A stretch of DNA of 64,000 nucleotides from a virus (Duplodnaviria; Caudoviricetes). Below, piece after piece: positions 21,818 through 30,604 of the stretch; positions within the stretch are counted from its first letter, which is position 1; the number at the start of each line of letters is the position of its first letter. The DNA is taken from positions 32,001 through 96,000 of the IMG/VR virus record IMGVR_UViG_3300033066_001283. The stretch is one strand, 5' to 3'. The notes beneath the pieces were generated by a model. It searched no databases. It was not told where the DNA came from and saw nothing but the letters and a program-made list of their open reading frames with translations. The position numbers and the translations under genes are program-made.

Positions 21818-22923
21818 TAGGTTTTATATGTATCAAGTGTTACACGAACAGCTCCAAAGTTACTTGTATTAGCCGAGACAACATAGTAATAGTACCCAGT
21901 ATCTAATCTATAAGAAAATGCTATAGCTTGGCCAACACCAGATGCAATTAAACCTGAATCATAAAATGAGACTGTATCAGCAAGAGTACCAACATAGTTA
22001 AAGAGTTGCAATCTAAGTGTTCCAGGAGTAGATATAGCACCAGAGCTGTCTACTTGAACAACACCGAATCTAGCAGCTGTTACATCTAAATATCCAGTAG
22101 AGTTAACAGTAGTGGTTAATAATCCAGAAGCTTTAATATTACCTTGGGAACCAGCAGTTCTGACCACATCGCCGGTTGTCCATAAAGCTCCTCTAGAGTT
22201 AGTTCTAAAGACTGTGTAATCTCCTTCTGCATTAACAGTCCAAGCTTCTGATCCACCTAATGCATCATCTCTTACTGAGAATACTGAAACTCCAGTGTCA
22301 GCATTTACAAAGGCTGCATCCTCAGCTTTACCTAAGTTTGTAGCAGATGTTCCTGGAACTACTGAGAGTATATCAAATGATCCACCAATTGTAGTGGGTT
22401 GCCCTATTACTAACCCTAATGTTTGACCAACATATACTATATCTGATCCTGTAGTTGGTACATCCGATGTTACTGAGGAAGCTACAGAAGCAGCAGAGTT
22501 AAGGCCTGCATTATTAAAGTAAATATTACCAGCACCGGATAATGCTATAACTTTAGCCCCCACCCAGGTAGCTGACCAACCAGAGTTAAGCAAATATCTA
22601 GCACCAGTACCTGTAGCAGTTGGAGTTAAGGTTTTAACAGCTACTGTTGAACCAGAAGCATCATACATTTCTAATGTTGCAATTCTAGATCCATCAGTAA
22701 TAAAAGCATATGTATAGATTGCTGGAGATAGAGGTTTAGTAGGTAAAGTTATAGAGTCTTTAACCTGAACATACAAACCACTAGTGGCATCACCAGGAAT
22801 AGCAGCAGTACTATCTAGTGTGCCATCAACTAGTTTAACACGTTGATAGTGTGCGCCACCAGCGTCATCTGTTGCAATTGTACTTCCTGATACAGGATTG
22901 TTATAATTAAGATTATCTGCCAT
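21817..22923 (-). CDS. Putative virion fibre/decoration protein
   Basis: MADN...IATDDAGGAHYQRVKL N-terminus and a KAEDAA...DTGV motif, recalled from phage structural proteins. Confidence 0.5.
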   Translation of the reverse strand: MADNLNYNNPVSGSTIATDDAGGAHYQRVKLVDGTLDSTAAIPGDATSGLYVQVKDSITLPTKPLSPAIYTYAFITDGSRIATLEMYDASGSTVAVKTLTPTATGTGARYLLNSGWSATWVGAKVIALSGAGNIYFNNAGLNSAASVASSVTSDVPTTGSDIVYVGQTLGLVIGQPTTIGGSFDILSVVPGTSATNLGKAEDAAFVNADTGVSVFSVRDDALGGSEAWTVNAEGDYTVFRTNSRGALWTTGDVVRTAGSQGNIKASGLLTTTVNSTGYLDVTAARFGVVQVDSSGAISTPGTLRLQLFNYVGTLADTVSFYDSGLIASGVGQAIAFSYRLDTGYYYYVVSANTSNFGAVRVTLDTYKT

Positions 22924-22927
22924 GATA

Positions 22928-23455
22928 TTATGTGGTTGGGTCTACGGTAATTATTGGAGCCGCAGCAGCATTCGTTGTAACATCTGCCCTCCAAGCTTCA
23001 GTTGTGTCATCTTCTTTAGTAATAATAATTTGACCTGAGGAAGCATCAACCTTATTTCTTAATACTCTCAATGCATTTCTAACTGATCTTACATTAGTAT
23101 CTGATCCAGTTGCTAGTGAAGTATCTAATAGTGCTGTAGCTACTGCTGTTAAACTAGTAAATATTTGTTCTGGATATACAATTTGGGTATATGGCACCAT
23201 TCCAGTCTTCTGCGCTTTCAAAATAATAACATTACTAGCCATATCAGTAGTATTAACATCTACGTACCAATGGCCTGAAGCAATGTTAGTAACAGTATAT
23301 TGTGTAGGTGCAGGAGAGTTAGATCTAGTAGTAAAAGCAGCTCCATTCTTAGAGATTGTTACAGTAGGTGCAGTTGCAGTATCTGTATCCAAGCCTCCTA
23401 AGGAGTCCCTCATTTCAAACACAAATCTAGTTTCAGTTCCGTAAATAATAGGCAT
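22928..23455 (-). CDS. Putative structural protein, paralog of 18429-19244
   Basis: PTVTISKNGAAF...GHWYV and a C-terminal EDDTT segment. Confidence 0.5.
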   Translation of the reverse strand: MPIIYGTETRFVFEMRDSLGGLDTDTATAPTVTISKNGAAFTTRSNSPAPTQYTVTNIASGHWYVDVNTTDMASNVIILKAQKTGMVPYTQIVYPEQIFTSLTAVATALLDTSLATGSDTNVRSVRNALRVLRNKVDASSGQIIITKEDDTTEAWRADVTTNAAAAPIITVDPTT

Positions 23456-24069
23456 TAGGCTAATGTATCCGAATCGTATGTCTGCGCTTTACACTCAACT
23501 CTAACTGAGTCCCCAGCTGCATCATCACCGTAATCAAAAACTACTTCAATATAGCTACCACCATCAACCCAGACAGTCCAAGCATCGCACTTATTATAAA
23601 TAGTATCAGCAGCAGCTGAAGTGTGTGTATAAGTTAAGTTTCTATCTAAGAGAAAGGCAGTAGAGCTAGTAACTCTAGCTACTCTAGCATATTCTTCTCT
23701 AGCGCCACCCTGGTTAAAAATAAGGTAATCACCAGCAGCAAAAGAAGTAGTTGAGGCAACTGTAACTACAGCCTGACCTGAGGCAGAATCTGAAGTAGCA
23801 CAAGTAGTAGTTTGAGCTGCAGCATACTGAGTTCTAAAAGTAGCAACAGGGCATGGTTGTGCTATTGCGTTAGCATTTAATGTTCTACGAACTAGAACAT
23901 CAACACCATTTGTCTGTGCATTAGTTCCTGTTCTTCCAACACGAATAAAAAGCCATGCTCCTCGTTTAGATCTTAAATCTATAGTTCCAGATGTAGTAGC
24001 GTTTCTAGCTAAGGTAGCTGCTGCAACTACTGAAACATTATCTGTAAAAGTGGGTGTTAGTGTTGGCAT
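23455..24069 (-). CDS. Putative structural protein
   Basis: VVTVASTTSFAAGDYLIF...EEYARV..VTSST beta-domain pattern typical of virion proteins. Confidence 0.5.
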   Translation of the reverse strand: MPTLTPTFTDNVSVVAAATLARNATTSGTIDLRSKRGAWLFIRVGRTGTNAQTNGVDVLVRRTLNANAIAQPCPVATFRTQYAAAQTTTCATSDSASGQAVVTVASTTSFAAGDYLIFNQGGAREEYARVARVTSSTAFLLDRNLTYTHTSAAADTIYNKCDAWTVWVDGGSYIEVVFDYGDDAAGDSVRVECKAQTYDSDTLA

Positions 24070-24085
24070 TATTTAAATAGAGGAG

Positions 24086-24907
24086 TTAGAATAGAGTGTT
24101 ACGAATATTTCTACTAACATTAAATCCAGCCCCAATTCCTAATCCAGAGTAATTTGTAAAGTTAAATAAATCGTAAGGTGCATCATGAAGATTTTTCACT
24201 TCATAGGCAGTAAGTTCTTTATTGAAGATATAAAAAGCTAAACATAGATTATTAGTACCAGTGCCTGGTGAAACAGTTTTACCAGTTCCACCAGGATGAA
24301 CTGCAGCTGCAGTTGATGTAATTAATAGACCATCTACATAGAGAGCAGCGGTAGAGGTTTTCAATGTTTGAGCACCTATTCCATGCGTACCACATAAGGT
24401 ATGAAAGCCTGCTCCTGGATTTACTGATCCTTGTAGTAAAGTATCATTAGTTGCTCCAGCAGTTATACCATCAGTGTATTGAAATCTAGGAAATCCTGAA
24501 GATCCAAAGAATAGACTTATACTTGGGTTAGAATACCAAGTATCAAGAGCTATTATAGTAGAGAATGCTCCAGGTGTACCAACACAATTCACTACTGTAA
24601 ACACTGAAAACGGAAGACCAGAAGCAGTTGAAGCTAAAGAAGAATCAACCAATTGCCAGTTAGGGTGTACAATTTGGTTCTGTGCTGCAGCTGCATAATA
24701 AGCCACTCCAGATTTTGTAGGAACCCATCCATTAGCTGAATATGTAATCTGCTTAGTTTTAGTAATAATCTCTGCTGGAGAACCTGCACCTTCTGAGAAA
24801 GGCATAGCTAATACTAAATTCTTAGCCAGTGGATGTCGGTAATTAACTGATATATTCCCTGGGGGTTTTTGCCTTTTATCGACTGAAGTACTATAATTAC
24901 CTAACAT
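24086..24907 (-). CDS. LamG/concanavalin-A-like lectin domain structural protein
   Basis: HPLAKNLVLAMPFSEGAG, FHTLCGT...ALYVDG and IFNKELTAYEVKNL are LamG-like hallmarks. Confidence 0.7.
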   Translation of the reverse strand: MLGNYSTSVDKRQKPPGNISVNYRHPLAKNLVLAMPFSEGAGSPAEIITKTKQITYSANGWVPTKSGVAYYAAAAQNQIVHPNWQLVDSSLASTASGLPFSVFTVVNCVGTPGAFSTIIALDTWYSNPSISLFFGSSGFPRFQYTDGITAGATNDTLLQGSVNPGAGFHTLCGTHGIGAQTLKTSTAALYVDGLLITSTAAAVHPGGTGKTVSPGTGTNNLCLAFYIFNKELTAYEVKNLHDAPYDLFNFTNYSGLGIGAGFNVSRNIRNTLF

Positions 24908-24946
24908 AAAAAAGTAGAGGACGGTCCCTGGATAAAGAACCGTCCT
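24908..24946 (-). terminator. Rho-independent terminator-like hairpin after groEL
   Basis: Minus strand AGGACGGTTCTT-TATCC-AGGGACCGTCCT (12 bp including two G-U pairs) followed by CTACTTTTTT. Confidence 0.7.
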
Positions 24947-24969
24947 GCTTGTAGGAGGAGTAGCGCAAG

Positions 24970-27570
24970 TTAATAATCGTATTGTGGTGGAGGCTTGGGT
25001 TTATCATCTGGTGCATCCACTATCAATGTTTCAGTCATTAGGAAGATTCCAGCGATAGATCCAGCATTCTCAAGTGCTGAGATTTCCACCATTGCAGGAT
25101 CAATAATTCCTGCTTTAAACATATCTACGTATACTTCGTTCTTAGCATCAAAGCCAGTTCCGTACTCTGATTTAGAAACAGTATCTACAACCACATCAGC
25201 GGCTACACCAGCATTGAAAGCAATAGTCTTCATTGGTACTGCTAATGCTCTTTTAACAATCTCAATTCCAGCCTTCTCATCATCACTAGAGTAAGGTAAA
25301 GCTGATAAGGCATCTCTAGCGGCTAAGAGAGTAACTCCACCACCAGGAACGACTCCACCTTCTAGAGCAACCTTAGTAGCATTAATTGAATCTTCATATC
25401 TATACTTCTTCTCAGTCATTTCAGCCTCAGTAAAAGCTCCAAGCTTAATTACTGCAACACCACTAGAGAGTTTAGCAATTCGCTCAACAACCTTCTCTTG
25501 ATCATACTTACTATCTAATACAGCTAGGGATTCTTTAAGAGAAGCAATATGAGCGTCAACTGTTTCCTTAGTTCCTGCGCCTTCAATAATAGTTGTATCA
25601 TCTTTAGTAACAATAACCTTCTTAGCTTGACCAAGTTTATCAGGAGTGACATTCTCCAACTTAGAGCCTAAATCTTCAGAGAAATAAGTACCATTGGTTA
25701 GAATACCAATATCCTTCATCATATTCTTTCTCTGCTCACCAAACCTAGGAGCTCTAATCGCACAAACATTTATTCGACCTTGGATATGATTAACAATTAG
25801 GGTAGAAAGTGCATCTCCTTCAATTTCATCAGCCATAATTAGAAGTGGTCGCTGTGAAGGTGCAATCTTTTCTAGAAGAGGAATAAGTTCTGCAGCTCTA
25901 CTAATCTTTCGCTCCCAAATAAGAATATAAGGATTCTCTAATACAGATTCCATCTTCTCCTGGTTAGAAACAAAGAACTGAGAGAGCCAACCTCGATCAA
26001 AATTAAAACCTTCAACCACATCTAATACAGTTTCAGTATTTTTAGTTACTTCGAAGGTAACAACACCATCAGCTCCAACCTTGATAAAGGCGTCACTAAC
26101 ATGCTTACCTACTTCTTCACTGTTGCCTGAAATAGTTGAAACAAACTTAACTTCATTCTCATCAGTAACACTAATTTTCTTAATCTTACCTTTGATAAAC
26201 TGCACGGTTGCAGAAATAGCATTATCAATACCCTTCTTCAACAGAACAGGGTTTCCACCATTAGATAAGTATCTATTTCCTTCATTAACTAATGCTTGGG
26301 CTAGAATAGTAGCTGTAGAAGTATTGTGAGTAAGAATATAATTATCTGTAAAGTACAGGTTATCAGGATTACTTACCTTAATACATTGCATTTCAGTATA
26401 CTGTCCAGTGGGTGTAATTGAATCTATACTTATACCATATTTATACCCCTTTAATTCAGAAATACAGTATATAGCAGTGTTAGAATATGACCCATTCTCT
26501 TTTCGTTCCTTCTTATACCAAGAGGTAGCTTTACCTAAGCTTCTAAAAAGTTCAAGTACATCTAAACATAATTGCTCACTAATAGTTGAGTAGCTATGTA
26601 AACCACGGGCATTATAATGCCCGTCAGTGTCCATCAACCCCTCAAAAAGACGTTTTCGAGACTCTAAATCTGAATACAGATATTCTTTAGGAATAAATTT
26701 GGTTCCACTTTTTGTTCCAAGTAAGCCTATCTCTCTAACAAGATCATGAGGACTTTTCCCGTCTGGTGTTTTACCTTGAATTTTAACTCTATAATAATTT
26801 TTATTCTCAACCAAAGTTGTCTTTAAATAAAGACCTTCAGGCAACACAATTTTGTCTATAATATAGGAATCGTTTCTACCTAAAGAAAGTTCAATTGATC
26901 CACTGCCACTAAGACTTCCATCACCAATGAGAGCTCCTACTAAATAAGGATCAAGAACAAAGCTTCTAGTATTAAAGTTTGGAACACTAGTTTCAACATA
27001 GTATTTATGTATTTTAAATCCCTTCAAATCAGTAAAAGATACTTTAAGATTCATAAGTTCTTTAGTGGGAAGAATCTTTAATTTCCCTCTACTTTTTGAT
27101 CTAACTGCCCACAAATGGTCCTCACAGCATTCAACCTCTCTTTTATCAGAGAATTTAACTTTATAAATCTCCTTGGAGCCTTTAGGAAAAATTCCTAAAA
27201 CTTTCTGAACTGTTCCATTTGTTCCACAAATTTCATCTCCAACCTGAAGATCTTCCATTTTTACAAATCCATTAGGAGTAAGAACTCTGCTATAAAGAGG
27301 CTGAGGCCCATCACCTGTAACATCATTTGTCTTTGACGCAACCTGTTTGCATAGCTGTGCACCTGAATCTTCTAGTGGGTCCTTAAGACTAATCTCACGA
27401 GCAATGGTAACTCCATCCTTAGTTACAATAGAATTCCACTGCTTCTTAATAACGACATTCCTACCACGAGGCCCAAGTGTAACCTTAACAGCATCAGCAA
27501 TCTTATTGATTCCTTTAACCATGGCTTCTCGAGCCTGCGCACCATAAATAATATCTTTTCCGTTACTCAT
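24970..27570 (-). CDS. groEL: Chaperonin GroEL (Cpn60) precursor with intein; about 538 aa after splicing
   Basis: VKVTLGPRGRNV, TKDGVTIAREI, GDG|TSTATILA, EGFNFDRGW, ERIAKLSSGVAVIK, EGGVVPGGG, GIIDP. Confidence 0.97.
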   Translation of the reverse strand: MSNGKDIIYGAQAREAMVKGINKIADAVKVTLGPRGRNVVIKKQWNSIVTKDGVTIAREISLKDPLEDSGAQLCKQVASKTNDVTGDGPQPLYSRVLTPNGFVKMEDLQVGDEICGTNGTVQKVLGIFPKGSKEIYKVKFSDKREVECCEDHLWAVRSKSRGKLKILPTKELMNLKVSFTDLKGFKIHKYYVETSVPNFNTRSFVLDPYLVGALIGDGSLSGSGSIELSLGRNDSYIIDKIVLPEGLYLKTTLVENKNYYRVKIQGKTPDGKSPHDLVREIGLLGTKSGTKFIPKEYLYSDLESRKRLFEGLMDTDGHYNARGLHSYSTISEQLCLDVLELFRSLGKATSWYKKERKENGSYSNTAIYCISELKGYKYGISIDSITPTGQYTEMQCIKVSNPDNLYFTDNYILTHNTSTATILAQALVNEGNRYLSNGGNPVLLKKGIDNAISATVQFIKGKIKKISVTDENEVKFVSTISGNSEEVGKHVSDAFIKVGADGVVTFEVTKNTETVLDVVEGFNFDRGWLSQFFVSNQEKMESVLENPYILIWERKISRAAELIPLLEKIAPSQRPLLIMADEIEGDALSTLIVNHIQGRINVCAIRAPRFGEQRKNMMKDIGILTNGTYFSEDLGSKLENVTPDKLGQAKKVIVTKDDTTIIEGAGTKETVDAHIASLKESLAVLDSKYDQEKVVERIAKLSSGVAVIKLGAFTEAEMTEKKYRYEDSINATKVALEGGVVPGGGVTLLAARDALSALPYSSDDEKAGIEIVKRALAVPMKTIAFNAGVAADVVVDTVSKSEYGTGFDAKNEVYVDMFKAGIIDPAMVEISALENAGSIAGIFLMTETLIVDAPDDKPKPPPQYDY
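26323..27306 (-). mobile_element. Intein (328 aa, Pro1, class-3 WCT signature) with LAGLIDADG homing endonuclease, in groEL
   Basis: Starts PQPLYSRVLTPNG after GDG; block B EDHLW; block F MQCIKV; block G ILTHN/T. Endonuclease motifs LVGALIGDG and FEGLMDTDG. Confidence 0.93.
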
Positions 27571-27595
27571 ATTTGTTTAGAATATATCTCCTAGC

Positions 27596-28078
27596 TTACA
27601 TTGTAGACTGGATATACACAGCAATAGCATCTGAGACTGCAAATTTCTTTTCTTTAGAGAATTTTAAGGTTTTCTCATTAAAATCAGGATACTTCTCAAT
27701 TACTATTTTCTGTAATTCATCCTTCTCAGCATTACGATCAGAAGTTAATCCCTTCTTTACTTCTTTAGCTGTAACGGTTCTAAAGGGAATATTGTAAGCT
27801 ACTGCTAATCCTATAACTAAACCTTTTACAAAAGCTAAGGCTTGATTAGCTCTTGAGCTTTTAGATCCTGCTGCGTGCTCAAAAACAATTTTAGTAGGAT
27901 TATATTTCAGGATTTGTTCTGCAAGTTCCTTACTGATAAACTCTAATCTGTCAGTATCAGAATCGGTAACTCTCTTGGAGGACTTGGAAGTTTTAATACA
28001 ACCACAAGCAATAATATTATTAGCTGAGAGAATAGCCCATCCAAAGGCTCTTAAACTAGGATCAAGTGTTAGTATCAT
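27596..28078 (-). CDS. ruvC: RuvC-like Holliday junction resolvase
   Basis: LTLDPSLRAFGWAI, IVFE, AKEVKKGLT..RNAEKDE and SDAIAV, with the acidic catalytic positions present. Confidence 0.85.
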   Translation of the reverse strand: MILTLDPSLRAFGWAILSANNIIACGCIKTSKSSKRVTDSDTDRLEFISKELAEQILKYNPTKIVFEHAAGSKSSRANQALAFVKGLVIGLAVAYNIPFRTVTAKEVKKGLTSDRNAEKDELQKIVIEKYPDFNEKTLKFSKEKKFAVSDAIAVYIQSTM

Positions 28079-29490
28079 AAGAAGGTAGACATACCTACAG
28101 GGACTGTAGATAAATCTTCATTCTGCCAATAATTACTTGGATCTTTCTTATACACTTTTCTTAGTGTGGATGAACTAGGAATCGGAAGATCAACATGCTT
28201 AGCACAAAAGATAATTAAATCTGGTACATTCTCAGGATAGTTATCTGATAGAGTCATTCCTGTAGCTGTGGCAGTCCAATAGGTCAAATACCAACTAGCA
28301 ATAGGTCTGTCTAATTTGTTATGCGTAATATTAAAGTCTAATTCTAATCCAGTAGAATGATCAGTGTACGATACAAATTGATTATTCAGTAGAATAGCAC
28401 CAAAGTCTCTAGTTCCTGTACTACTTTTGTAGAAAGAAGTATTATCAGGATTAGGCATCAAATATTCAGCAACTATTCCATAGCTAGAGACATTTCTAAC
28501 TTGGTATCCTGTAGAAGAAGCTGGAAAACTTATAATGGTGCTAGAAGCAGGCGCAGTCACTATTGCTCCTTGCCTAAGAGCAGAAGAGATATAACTTCTA
28601 GTCTTTCTCTTGGTTTGCCCTCCAAACCAGAAACATCTTTCAACTGCGGTTCCTAATGTACTATTAGTTTCACTAGGTTGTCTTGTTAATCCAGTTAGTA
28701 GAGCTTTCTCATCAACAGAATTCCATAGATTAATCCTATTAGCAGTACTTTTCTGATCATTCAAATACACTATTACACTAGATAAAGCTTTACCTGCAGC
28801 ACTAAGTCTAGATCTTATCTTTGTAGTAGTTGAAGAATTATATCCTAGTAATCCATCAGATCTTATATTATCGGGGTGAATAGGAAAGAAGTTATGCGTA
28901 TTAGGATGTAGAAACCAGGTTAAATACTTATTAAAGGTAGAGTACTTATTATACTGCCAACCACTACCCCTATCTTCTGTATCAGTTTCAATAAGATCCA
29001 AACCATAGATTAATACTGTTGATCCATCTTGTACAAATCTATATTCCCCAGACCAGAACAAATCAAATATACTTGAGGCTTTGGTTACTGATATTCTATT
29101 ACCATTAGAAAGTTCTATTTCAAGCTTATAAACACTTTTATCAAAGGTAACTAACCAAGCATACTCTGGATCAGATGTGTCAAAGTATAAAGCCCTACTC
29201 TTTAGAATAGATCTTAAGATAGGATTAAGAGATTCTTTCTCATTAACGAAGACTTCAAATAATCTTCTGAAAGTATTACCAGTTGTAGAAGCTGGTGAAG
29301 TCAATACCCATGAAGAGGGTAAAGTCGTAGTAGGAGTAGTATAAGAACCAGTAGCTGAGAAGGAAGAGAAAGAGGGTATAGAAACAGACTGGCTAAGAGC
29401 TAAGTAGCTATTAGAAGCAAACCATCTAGGAAGGTTTTCTAACGGTGTAGTCCAATCGTCTACTATTTTGTAGAAGTATCCACGCCACAT
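28075..29490 (-). CDS. Baseplate wedge-like structural protein
   Basis: WNSVDEKALLTGLTRQPSETNSTL (P2 gpI-like motif); directly follows baseplate J. Confidence 0.55.
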   Translation of the reverse strand: MWRGYFYKIVDDWTTPLENLPRWFASNSYLALSQSVSIPSFSSFSATGSYTTPTTTLPSSWVLTSPASTTGNTFRRLFEVFVNEKESLNPILRSILKSRALYFDTSDPEYAWLVTFDKSVYKLEIELSNGNRISVTKASSIFDLFWSGEYRFVQDGSTVLIYGLDLIETDTEDRGSGWQYNKYSTFNKYLTWFLHPNTHNFFPIHPDNIRSDGLLGYNSSTTTKIRSRLSAAGKALSSVIVYLNDQKSTANRINLWNSVDEKALLTGLTRQPSETNSTLGTAVERCFWFGGQTKRKTRSYISSALRQGAIVTAPASSTIISFPASSTGYQVRNVSSYGIVAEYLMPNPDNTSFYKSSTGTRDFGAILLNNQFVSYTDHSTGLELDFNITHNKLDRPIASWYLTYWTATATGMTLSDNYPENVPDLIIFCAKHVDLPIPSSSTLRKVYKKDPSNYWQNEDLSTVPVGMSTFL

Positions 29491-30600
29491 TTATTGTACA
29501 GCTAGGGCTCTAAGAACAAGTCTCTCCCCTATTGCTAGTTTCACTTGACCTTGATCAGAATAGGGTGTTCCATCTATTCCTACTTGAACCACTGCTGATG
29601 CCACATTAGGATCATAGTTTGCTATAGCAGAAATCTGTGAAAGATATAGTGTTCCTATTCCTGTTCCATTTTCAACAACTAGATTATCAATCTTAGAAGA
29701 TATCTGTGCTCTGATGGATTGCCTAATAGACTCCTTATCAGTAACACTAGGAATAAATCTAAGATCAACTCTAATATCCATCTGTCTATAGATTGGGCCT
29801 TTAGCAGTTGCAATTATTCCTACTGGTACATTTTCATCTAACATTGATTGGGCTGCTGAAACTAGAGTAGAAATTTCTGATGAATTATAGGGGACAATTA
29901 CTACATCGAATGTTCCTGCTCCCCTTCTATTATTCAGTAGATAGACATCACGTACACCAGGAATGGAGCGAAGCATTGAAACAACATTAGTCTGATTAAG
30001 AACATTCCTACGCTGAAGCTCATTCAAGATTCTATCTCTATAGGAATCATCACTTTCTTCAAGCTGCCCATTTATAATTGGCAGTATATTGGTAACAGTA
30101 ACAGCAGCATTAGCTAAAGAACTGGCGTTCAAATCCCCTATTCCTACATTGTAAATTGAACCAATATTAGCAGCAGTTACATGAACATCAGTGAAAGCAC
30201 CAGCATTAATATTAGCACCTTCAGTAGTAAAGTAAGCAATAGAAGGATCCGCAGTCTTAAATACACGTGTTCCTACCGGCACTACTAATGAGGCGTTACC
30301 ATTGTTAATAAATCTAACAGATCTGGAACCCCCATTAGTAGTTGAGGATTGAGCACTTTTTCTAGGAACACCAAAGAGAAGTCCAAAATTGTCTAAATAG
30401 GGACCTGAAGCAGTTGTTAAATTAGATTGGGTTTCTATATCAGCAACATACCCCCACAGAGAATCCATTTCCGCAGCTATGATTTTAAGGACTACACCAA
30501 TAATAGAACTATCTAAATCAGCAGTAAGAGGTGTTTCATTCCTAATACGTGTACTAATCCTTTTCAGAATTTCATCTTGTGAGGGTCTCGCTAGCGCCAT
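29491..30600 (-). CDS. Baseplate J/gp47-like protein
   Basis: TASGPYLDNFGLLFGVPRK, VPVGTRV, GSIYNVGIG, ESDDSYRDRI, IPGVRDV, GAGTFDVVI. Confidence 0.9.
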   Translation of the reverse strand: MALARPSQDEILKRISTRIRNETPLTADLDSSIIGVVLKIIAAEMDSLWGYVADIETQSNLTTASGPYLDNFGLLFGVPRKSAQSSTTNGGSRSVRFINNGNASLVVPVGTRVFKTADPSIAYFTTEGANINAGAFTDVHVTAANIGSIYNVGIGDLNASSLANAAVTVTNILPIINGQLEESDDSYRDRILNELQRRNVLNQTNVVSMLRSIPGVRDVYLLNNRRGAGTFDVVIVPYNSSEISTLVSAAQSMLDENVPVGIIATAKGPIYRQMDIRVDLRFIPSVTDKESIRQSIRAQISSKIDNLVVENGTGIGTLYLSQISAIANYDPNVASAVVQVGIDGTPYSDQGQVKLAIGERLVLRALAVQ

Positions 30601-30604
30601 ATTA

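Noticed and set aside
10375-24907. Diversity-generating retroelement or invertible fibre cassette
   Set aside because: No reverse transcriptase, recombinase or near-identical template/variable repeat pair was seen in the window.
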